DNA of 64,000 nt. Origin: Heterodontus francisci (taxonomy: Eukaryota). This document shows positions 39,501 through 48,531 of this stretch, one piece after another. Position 1 is the stretch's first letter. Each line of letters starts with the position of its first letter. The notes below the pieces were generated by a model that ran no database searches, was not told the DNA's origin, and saw only the letters and a program-made list of their open reading frames with translations. Position numbers and translations under genes: made by a program. The stretch is taken from assembly GCF_036365525.1 (NCBI RefSeq), contig NC_090382.1, positions 27,934,219 to 27,998,218 of the forward strand, in the 5' to 3' direction.

Positions 39501-40900
39501 TTTATGTATATCACAAACAACAGTGGTCCCAGCACGGATCCCTGTGGAACACCACTGGTCACACGTCTCCATTTTGAGAAACTCCCTTCCACTGCTACTC
39601 TCTGTCTCCTGTTGCCCAGCCAGTTCTTTATCCATCTAGCTAGTACACCTTGGACCCCATGCGCCTTCACTTTCTCCATCAGCCTACCATGGGGAACCTT
39701 ATCAAACGCCTTGCTGAAGTCCATGTATACGACATCTGCAGCCCTTCCCTCATCAATCAACTCAAGAGGTGAGGTGAGAGTGGCTGCCCTTGACATCAAG
39801 GCAGCATTTGACCGAGTATGGCATCAAGGAGCCCGAGCAAAATTGAGGTCAATGGGAATCAGGGGGAAAACACTCTGCTGGCTGGAGTCATACCTAGCGC
39901 AAAGGAAGATGGTTGTGGTTGTTGGAGGTCAATCATCTCAGCTCCAGGACATCACTGCAGCAGTTCCTCAGGGTAGTGTCCTAGGCCCAACCATCTTCAA
40001 CTGCTTCATCAATGACCTTCCTTCAATCATCAGGTCAGAAGTGGGGATGTTCGCTGATGATTGCACAATGTTCAGCACCATTCGTGACTCCTCAGATACT
40101 GAAGCAGTCCATATAGAAATGCAGCAAGACCTGAACAATATCGAGGCTTGGGCTGATAAGTGGCAAGTAACATTCGCACCATACAAGTGCCAGGCAATGA
40201 CCATCTCCAACAAGAGAGAATCTAACCATCTCCCTTTGACATTCAAAGGCATTACCATCGCTGAATCCCCCACTATCAACATCTTAGGGGCTACCATTGA
40301 CCAGAAACGAAACTGGAGTAGCCATATAAATACCGTGGCTACAAGAGCAGGTCAGAGTAACTCACCTCCTGAGGCACAAGTCAGGAGTGTGATGGAATAC
40401 TGTCCACTTGCCTGGATGGGTGCAGCTCCAACAACACTCAAGAAGCTTGACACCATCCAGGACAAAGCAGCCCGCTTGATTGGCACCCCATCTACAAACA
40501 TTCACTCCCTCCACCACTGACGCACAGTGGCAGCAGTGTGTACCATCTACAAGATGCACTGCAGCAATGCATCAAGGCTCCTTAGACAGCACCTTTCAAA
40601 CCCGCGACCTCTACCAACTGGAAGGACAAGGGCAGCAAATACATGGGAACACCACCACCTGCAAGTTCCCCTCCAAGTCACACACCATCCTGACTTGGAA
40701 CTATATCGCTGTTCCTTCACTGTCGCTGGGTCAAAATCCTGGAACTCCCTTCCTAACAGCACTGTGGGTGTACCTACCCCAAATGGACTGCAGCAGTTCA
40801 AGAAGGCAGCTCACCACCACCTTCTCAAGGGAAATTAGGGATGGGCAATAAATGCTGGCCTGGCCAGTGACGCCCACATCCCATGAATGAATAAAGAAAA
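36572..40900 (+). mobile_element. Full-length single-ORF (APE-RT) LINE with tRNA-like 5' head, nested in the provirus
   Basis: TNIWGL..PDIVILTESYL, VGDFNVHH, SSDH, KAMGPDNIP, ALDIKAAFDRVWH, VPQGSVLGP, MFADD; 3' end atgaatgaataaagaaaa; frameshifted. Confidence 0.9.
38542..39758 (-). mobile_element. Young CR1 (HER1-like) 3' fragment nested in the LINE
   Basis: Near-intact ORFs 38621-39358 and 39410 onward; (aagaacaa)n tail; TSD AACTCAA 38535-38541 / 39759-39765. Confidence 0.93.
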
Positions 40901-40977
40901 AGAAAATTGTTCATTGCCTTTTCACAGTTGCAAAACCAACTTTTAAATTGAAAATAAAACGCAGTGGCGTAATGGTT

Positions 40978-41313
40978 GGGCAGCACAGTGGCACAGTGGT
41001 TAGCACTGCAGCCTCACAGCTCCAGCGAACTGGGTTCGATTCTGGCTACTGCCTGTGTGAGTTTGCAAGCTTTCCCTGTGATCACGTGGGTTTTTGCCGG
41101 GTGCTCTGGTTTCCTCCCACAGCCAAAGACTTGCAGTTTGATTGGTAAATTGGCCATTATAAATTCCCCCTAGTATAGGTAGGTGGTGTGGGGATGTGGT
41201 AGGAATATGGGATTAATGTAGGATTAGTGGAAAATGGGTGGTTGTTGGTCGGCATAGACTCGGTGGGCCGAAGGGCCTGTTTCAGTGCTGTATCTCTAAA
41301 TAAATAAAAAATA
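40978..41313 (+). mobile_element. V-SINE (HE1-like) tRNA-derived SINE
   Basis: tRNA head TGGCACAGTGG / GGTTCGATTC; V-domain-like gggtgctctggtttcctcccaca; CR1-type tail ggccgaagggcctgtttcagtgctgta. Confidence 0.88.
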
Positions 41314-41644
41314 ATTCAATTTTATATCCCATTCCTGGGTGCACAAACTTAAATTGAAATGAATACACTCCACAATCTCTTTTCACACTTATTCAATTCC
41401 AAACAACTTAGAAAATTGAACCCCAACAGACCCTTCACCCGTGTACTGTTTAACTGCAAACTCTATCCACGAGGGCCACTTGCCCTTCAAATATTTCTGG
41501 AGCTCCAACTCCACAATAGCCTTGCCAAGGCCATATTTACTCAAAGTTTCACCAATCCGATCCGTCAGACTCGTAACTTTGTTTATAATTTAGTTTGAAC
41601 GCGGCGAGGCTATTCAAAATAACTTTAAATAGCACTGCATCCGA

Positions 41645-41662
41645 GTCCCTGTTCAGGCGCCA
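41645..41662 (-). promoter_or_regulatory. Primer-binding site, tRNA-Lys(UUU)
   Basis: Minus strand TGGCGCCTGAACAGGGAC, 17/18 to the canonical Lys3 PBS TGGCGCCCGAACAGGGAC, 4 nt from the 5' LTR. Confidence 0.92.
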
Positions 41663-41666
41663 ATTA

Positions 41667-42327
41667 TGTTGTGCCTAATATGCACTTACTCTTAAAGAAT
41701 CCACGGAATCCAATTGGTGAAAGATATATCAATATTTTATTCACAAACTAAATCATCAAGTACAAGCTCTCACTACTTGCACAGTATCAAAACTCATCAA
41801 AGTACAAGCTCTCACTACTAGCACAGTATACTACCCATCAAGGCACGAGGTGATCAGTCTCGGATTTAAGGCTTCTCTGAGCCCTTGGCTCAGGGGTGTC
41901 TTCTCGACTGTTCTTCCCCAGGGTTCTCGTGCCTTTCCCAGTTTCAGTCAGGGGTTAAATCTTTTTTCCAAGACCCTCCCCTCTTACTTACTCATCGGGA
42001 TCTGGTGTAATGACGTAGTAATAATTCCTTATTTGGCTCAGTGAGAACCTGGCCAACATTTTACAGTTTCCCATTGTCTACTATGGGTCTAATCATATCT
42101 GGTGTCCACGACGACTCCTTTATCTGCTACGTGCAAGGACAGTGTCTGGTATCCTCAATATGTCTTTTCTATACTGTCTACAATTCCTCAGCCGTCTGTG
42201 TGCTGTGTTCCCTTTCTGCCCATCCCCCCTATGCTTTAACACACTATTCATTGTTGTGTGACGGAGCCCCTTTGTTTCAACTAAGTTCTTAGATGTTTTT
42301 CCTATATGTGCCTTTACTGGGTCTACA
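41667..42327 (-). repeat. 5' LTR of the provirus
   Basis: tgttgtgcc...tctaca; homologous to 31822-32478. Confidence 0.93.
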
Positions 42328-44318
42328 GGAGGACATAGGTGAGGTTTTAAATGATTACTTTTCATCTGTGTTCACTATGGAGAAAGACGATGTAGGTATA
42401 GAGATCAGGCAGGGGTTTGTGACATACTTGAATAAATTAGCATTCAAAAGGAGGAAGTATTAGCTGATTCACTGGGCTTAAAGATGGATAAATCCTCAGA
42501 CCCAGATGAGATGTAACCTAGGCCGCTATTTTAGGCAATGGAGGAGATAGCAGGGGCTCTGGCACAAATTTTCAAATCCTCTCTCGCCACAGGAGAGGTG
42601 CCAGAAGATTGGAGGACAGCATATGTGGTATCATTATTCAAGAAGGGTAGCAGGGATAAACCAGGTAATTATAGGCCAGTGAGTCTAACGTCAGTAGTAG
42701 GGAAACTATTGGAAACATTCTGAGAGAGAGGATTAATCTCCACTTGGAGAGACAGGGATTAATCAGGGATAGTCAGCATAGCTTTGTCAGGGGGAGATCA
42801 TGTCTAACAAACTTGATTGAATTTTTCAAGGAGGTGATTAGATGTGTAGATGAGAGTTAAGCAGTTGATGTAGTCTACATGGACTTCAGTTAGGCTTTTG
42901 ATAAGGTCTCACATGAAAGATTGGTTAAGAAGGTAAGAGCCCAAGGGATCCAGGGCAATTTGGCAAATTGGATCCAAAATTGGCTTAGTGGCAGGAGGCA
43001 GAGGGTGATGGTCGAGGGTTGTTTTTGCGAGTGGAGGCCTATGACCAGTGGTGTACCGCAGGGATCGGTGCTGGGACCCTTACTGTTTGTAGTGTACATT
43101 AATGATTTAGACATGAATATAGGAGGTATGATCAGTAAGTTCGCAGAAGACACAAAAATTGGTAGTGCCGCAAATAGTGAGGAGGATAGCCTGAGATTAC
43201 AGGATGATATAGTTGGGCTGGTAAGATGGCCGGAGCAGTGGCAAATGGAATTTAATCCTGAGAAGTGTGAGGTGATGCATTTTAGGAGGAATAACAAGGC
43301 AAGGGAATATGCAATGGATGATAGGACCCAAGGAAATACAGAGAGTCAGAGGGACCTTGGTGTACTTGTCCATAGATCACTGAAGGCAGCAGCACAAGTA
43401 GATAAGGTGGTTAAGACGGCATATGGGGTACTTGTCTTTATTAGACGAGGCATATAATATGAGAGCAGGGAGGTTATGATGGAGCTGTATAAAATACTAG
43501 TTAGGCCACAGCTGGAGTACTGTGTACAGTTCTGGTCACCACATTATAGGAAGGATGTGATTGCACTGGAGAGGGTGCAGAGGAGATTCACCAAGATGTT
43601 GCCTGAGCTGGAGCATTTCAGCTATGAAGAGAGCTTGGATATGCTAGGGTTGTTTTCCTTAGAGCAGAGGAGGCTGAGGAGAAATCTGATTGAGGTATAC
43701 AAAATTATCAGGAGCATTGATAGGATAGATAGGAAGAAACTTTTTCCCTTAGCAGAGGGGTCAATAAAAAGGGGGCATAATTTAAGGTAAGAGCAGGAGG
43801 TTTAGGGGGGATTTGAGGAAATAAAATTACAAGCCTAATCGACCCAATCTCTCTTCATACATCAGTCCTGCCATCCCAGCAATCAGTCTGGTGAACTTTC
43901 GCTGCACTCCCTCCACAGCAAGAACATCTTTCCTCAGATAAGGGGACCAAAACTGCACACAATACTCCGGATGTGGTAGCACCAAGGCCTTGTATAATTG
44001 CAGCAAGACACCCTTGCTCGAATCCTCTTGCTATGAAGGCCAACATACCATTTGCCTTCTTAATTGCCTGCTGCACCTGCATGCTTTCTTTCAGCGACTG
44101 GTGCACAAGGCAACCAGGTCTCGCTGCACCTCCCCCTTTCCCAATCTATCGCCATTCACATAATAATCTGCCTTTCTGTTTTTGCCACCAAAGTGGATAA
44201 CCTGACATTTATCCACATTAAACTGCATCTGCCATGTATTTGCCCACTCACTCAACCTGTCCAAATCACACTGGAACTTCTCTGCATCCTCCTCACAGCT
44301 CACACTCACACCCAGCTT

Positions 44319-44638
44319 TTTGATTTTGATTTGATTTAGAGATACAGCACTGAAACAGGCCCTTCGGCCCACCGAGTCAGAGCCGACCATTAACCACCCA
44401 TTTATACTCATCCTACACTAATCCCATATTCCTACCACATCCTCACCTGTTCCTATATTCCCCTACCACCTACCTATACTAGCGGCAATTTATAATGGCC
44501 AATTTACCTATCAACCTGCAAGTCTTTTTGGCTGTGGGAGGAAACCAGAGCACCCAGAGGAAACCCACGCAGACACAAGGAGAACTTGCAAACTCCACAC
44601 AGGTAGTACCCAGAATTGAACCCGGGTCGCTGGACCTG
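44319..44638 (-). mobile_element. V-SINE (HE1-like), 5' truncated
   Basis: Reverse-complement homolog of 40978-41313. Confidence 0.85.
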
Positions 44639-45457
44639 TTTGTATCATCTGCAAACTTGGAATTATTACATTTAATTCCCTCATCTATATCATTAATATA
44701 TATTGTGAATAGCTGGGGTCCAAGCATTGATCCCTGCAGTACCCCACTAGTCACTCGGAAAATGACCCGTTTATTCCTACTCTTTATTTCCTGTCTGCCA
44801 ACCAGTTCTCTATCCATGTCAGTACCTTACCCCCAATCCCTTGTGCTTTAATTTTGCACACTAATCTCTTATGTGGGACCATATCGAAACCCTTCTGAAA
44901 GTCCAAATACACCACATTAATTGGTTCTCCCTTATCTATGCTACGGGTTACATCCTCAAAACATTCCAGCAGACTTGTCAGGCATGATTTCCCTTTTGTA
45001 AATCCATGTTGACTTTGTCCAATCCTGTCATTGTTTTCCAAATGCTCTGCTATTATATCTTTTACAATGGACTCTAGCATTATCCCCACTACTGATGTCA
45101 GGCTAACCGGTCTATAATTTTGTTTTCCTCTCTACCTCCTTTTTTAAATAATGGTTATGTGAGCTACCCTCCAATCTGTTGGAACTATTCCAGAGTCTAT
45201 AGAATTTTGAAAAATGACCAGCAATGCATCTATTATTTCTAGGGCCACTTCTGTAAGTACTCTGGGATATAGATTATCAGGCCCTGGGGATTTATCGTCC
45301 TTCATTCCCACCAATTTCCCTAACAACATTTCCCTACTAATACTGATTTCATAGAGTTCCTCCTTCTCACTAGACCCTATGTTCCCTAACATTTCTGGGA
45401 GGTAATTTGAGTCCTCCTTTGTGAAGACAGAACCAAAGTATATATTTAATTGGTCTG

Positions 45458-45625
45458 GCAGCATCTGTGGAAAGAGAAGCAGAGTTAACGTTTCGGGTCA
45501 GTGTCACTGACCCGAAACGTTAACTCTGCTTCTCTTTCCACAAATGCTGCCAGACCTGCTGAGTGATTCCAGCATTTCTTGTTTTTATTTCAGATTTCCA
45601 GCATCCGCAGTATTTTGCTTTTATT
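45458..45625. mobile_element. Penelope-like insertion with inverted terminal hairpin
   Basis: 52-bp arms 45452-45503 / 45505-45556 (1 mismatch); 19-bp flanking duplication 45439-45457 / 45626-45644. Confidence 0.75.
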
Positions 45626-46375
45626 TATATATTTAATTGGTCTGCTACTTCTTTGTTCCCCATTATAAATTCCACCATTTCTGACTGTAAGGAACTCACA
45701 TTTGTCTTCACTAATCTTTTTCTCTTCACATATCTATAAAAGCTTTTACAGTCAGTTTTTATGTTCTCTGCAAGATTACTCTCATACTCTATTTTCCCCT
45801 TCATAATCAATCTCCTTGTCCTCCTTTGCTGCATTCTAAACTGCTCCCAATCCTCAGGTTTGCTGCTTGTTCTGGCCATTTTATATTTCTCCTCCTTGAA
45901 TCTAATATTATCCCTGATTTCTTTTGTAAGCCACAGTTCAGTCACCCTTACTGTTTTATTTTTGCGCCAGACAGGAATGAACAATTGTTGTAATTTATCC
46001 ATGTGCTCTTTAAATGCTAGCCATTGCCTATTCACTTTCAACCCTTTAAGTAATGTTCTCCAATCTATCATAGCCAACTAGCACCTCATACCTTCATAGT
46101 TTCCTTTATTTAGATTCAGGACCCTAGTCTCAGAATCAACTCTCTCACTCTCCATCTTAATGAAGAATTCCATCATGTTATGGTCGCTCTTCCCGAAGCG
46201 ACCCCACACAACGAGATTGTTAACTAATCCTTTCTCATTACACAATACTCAGTCTAGGATGGCCTGTTCTCTAGTTGGTTCCTCAACGTATTGTTCCAGA
46301 AAAACCATCATGTACGCACTCCAGGAATTCCTCCTCTACAGTATTATTGCTAATTTGGTTTGCCCAATCTATATG

Positions 46376-46500
46376 TATCTTCCAGTTCAGATGAAAGGTC
46401 ATTGACCTGAAACATTACTTCAATCTCCGTAGATGCAGAATATTTCCACATTTTCTGTTTTTATTTGAGATTTCCAGCTTCTGCAGTACTTTACTTTTAT
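46376..46500 (+). mobile_element. Penelope-like terminal fragment
   Basis: cagatgaaaggtcattgacctgaaac...tttccagcttctgcagtactttactttta, homologous to 45505-45625. Confidence 0.65.
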
Positions 46501-46784
46501 GATTGTTTTGTGTGATTTTCTTTTATTGATAAAGGTATGGAATGTTACTTTGCATTTCAGACTTTCTCGGATTAGATTCCTTCCCCACGAAGGAACTTAC
46601 TGTACTGAAAAAGAAGCAAAATGAAGCAGCAAGGCCTACTACCACCTCAGTGTCCTTGACCTAAATTTCCCACCTTCCCCTGATGGGATGGACATTGGCT
46701 ATTCCTGCCCCACCTGCCACATGTAAGTGCTGGTGAGTGGAAAGGGGCCTGTGTTCCTGTCCCAATTCCTGACAATGAGATAAT

Positions 46785-47058
46785 GACTGGATGATCTGTT
46801 TGAGGGTTGACTGAGTGATAAATATTGACTAGGACACCAGGTAGAACTCCGCTACTCTTCTTCCGAAAGTGACACGGGATCTTTTACGTCCATCTGAGAG
46901 AGCAGGCGGGGTTTAATTTATCATCCAAAAATCAGCACCTCTGACAGTACAGCACTCCCTCAGATTGGGAGTATCTGCCTGGATTATATGCTCAAATCTT
47001 TGGATTGTGACTTGAACCCATGACTTTCTGTCTCAGAGATGAGAGTGCTACCACTGAT
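46785..47058 (-). mobile_element. DeuSINE (SacSINE1/AmnSINE1-like)
   Basis: Minus strand tRNA head plus gggagtgctgtactgtcagaggtgc..ggacgtaaaagatcccgtgtcact..ggtgtcctagtcaatattt, matching the Deu-domain as recalled. Confidence 0.7.
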
Positions 47059-47216
47059 CTTCAACTTCCTGTTTATAAACCTGCCACTTAAATGGAGTGT
47101 GAAATTGTGGAAAAATAATGACACATAGCCAGAGACTGCTGTAGTAGATTGCCAGAGTAACAGTGGATTTGGGAGTCAGTGAAATCACAATGTTTTCTGC
47201 TCTTTTTCCCCTACAG

Positions 47217-47576
47217 GTTCTACAGCTACACCTGGTTGGGGTGTTTCGGTTCCGGATTCCCTTTTTGCAGTGCAGGGGACATCTGTGATCTTCAACTGTT
47301 CTTTCCAATACCCTGATAAACCCCCAATATCTCCATCCAATATAACTGCCAAGTGGTTAATATCCCCGTGTGACTTAAAGTCCTTAGAACTATACAACAA
47401 TCAGGAGAAAAACAATAATCATAAAGTGAGTTTCATAGGAGACCTGAGTAAGAAAAACTGCTCTCTTCAGATAAGTGAAATTAACACAACCTACAATGGT
47501 GCCTACTGCTTCAGATTTGAAATAAAAGATTTCAACAGTTGGACAGGAAGATCTCCCGTGCATCTCACTGTTTATG
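47217..47576 (+). CDS. Siglec/CD22/MAG-like receptor, V-set Ig exon
   Basis: ttccctacag| acceptor, G|gtaatt donor, phase 1-1; WGVSVPDSLFAVQGTSVIFNCSFQYP..FIGDLSKKNCSLQI..GAYCFRFEI..SW with the Siglec B/E-strand Cys pair and the F-strand Arg. Confidence 0.9.
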
Positions 47577-47708
47577 GTAATTATTCCTTCCTGATATTTA
47601 TTTTGTCTTATACAAATTTCAGAATCCAGCTGCCTATATTTACAACATATTTCATAAACTAAGTGCATGAAATGATGGTCAGTCACTTCCCTTTTCCTTC
47701 TCTTGCAG

Positions 47709-48002
47709 CTCGTCCAACAAAACCCATTATCTCATTCTCCACAGAATTGGTTGAAGGGATTAACACCAGTTTGATTTGTTCGTCCTCCAACGTTGCCCAA
47801 AATGCCGAACCCAGTCTCAACTGGTATGGCATCTCTGACGAGGCAGCAGAACAACGCAAAGTTAATGAACAAATAGGAAACCTCAGCAGCTATCTTGTGT
47901 TCATCCCATCGTACCAGGACCACAAAAAGATCATCAAATGTTCAGTCAATTACAGTAATTACTTGTATTCAGATGAAGCCAACATAACTCTGCAAGTAAA
48001 AT
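47709..48002 (+). CDS. Siglec-like receptor, second Ig (C2-type) exon
   Basis: tctcttgcag| acceptor, T|gtaagt donor, phase 1-1; RPTKPII..LVEG..LICSS..PSLNW..SSYLVFIPSYQDHKKIIKCSVNY..ITLQVK. Confidence 0.9.
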
Positions 48003-48531
48003 GTAAGTTTCTGGTCAGAACTGCTTTCAATAGCAAAAATAACTACATCTTACATTTCTCCAGTGCCTTCAATGCAGAAAGATTTCCTAAAGCACTTCAC
48101 AAGCCATGAGAAAAAAATAGATGTTGAGCCAAAGAGGGACATATTAGGAGAGAGTGTGACCAAACGTTTGGTTGAGAGTTTGGTTTTCGGGAGGGTCATG
48201 AAGTAAGTGAATTTGAGGCCATCCAAAACTCTGCTGCCTGTATCCTAATTCAAGCCAAATCCCATTCACCCATTACCCCATGCTCACTGACCTACACTGG
48301 CTCCTGGTTAAGCTACGCCTCAATTTAAAAATTCTCATCCTTGTTTTCAAATCCCTCCATGGCCTTCCTTCTCCCTATCTCTGTAACTTCCTCCAGCCCC
48401 ACAACCTTCTGAAACATCTGGATCAAGAACAGTCAGGCTTCTTTACCATCTCCAGTTTTAATGGTTCCACCATTGGTCGTTGTGCCCTTAGATACTTGGG
48501 CCCAAAGCTCTAGAATTCCCTCCCTAAACCT

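Larger units (their letters stand above)
31822..42327 (-). mobile_element. Endogenous retrovirus-like provirus (lokiretrovirus-like), internally deleted
   Basis: Two TG..CA LTRs, TSD GGAG (31818-31821 / 42328-42331), PBS, PPT, RT/RNase H remnants and env. Confidence 0.93.
29090..43830 (+). mobile_element. Near full-length CR1 LINE (ORF1 Zn-finger/leucine zipper + esterase; ORF2 APE-RT), split by the provirus
   Basis: 29598 MAGQLGQAECASCAMWE..CLRLQKLE; IVVGDAVVRGTDR..CCLPGA; ORF2 CIYFN..YNRPP..GDFNFP; reading VEPE|EDIGEV resumes at 42328; RT 42921-43457; 3' end truncated. Confidence 0.92.
43830..46372 (-). mobile_element. CR1 ORF2 fragment interrupted by a SINE and a Penelope-like insertion
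   Basis: ORFs 44784-45089, 45144-45464 and 45625-46077 carry CR1 RT motifs (KSPGPD, YLDFQKGFD). Confidence 0.88.

Noticed and set aside
39450-40520. 356-aa ORF that looks like a novel RT with an unusual N-terminus
   Set aside because: It is a chance read-through: the first ~103 aa are the antisense frame of the nested CR1, joined at the TSD to the host LINE RT.
40978-41045. tRNA-like sequences here and at 36578 and 15460
   Set aside because: They are SINE/LINE heads that continue into repeat bodies, not tRNA genes.
46499-46534. Candidate signal-peptide exon MIVLCDFLLLIK|gtatgg for the Siglec-like gene
   Set aside because: It ends in phase 0 while the V exon needs phase 1, the phase-1 frame has a stop, and the ATG lies at the edge of a repeat.
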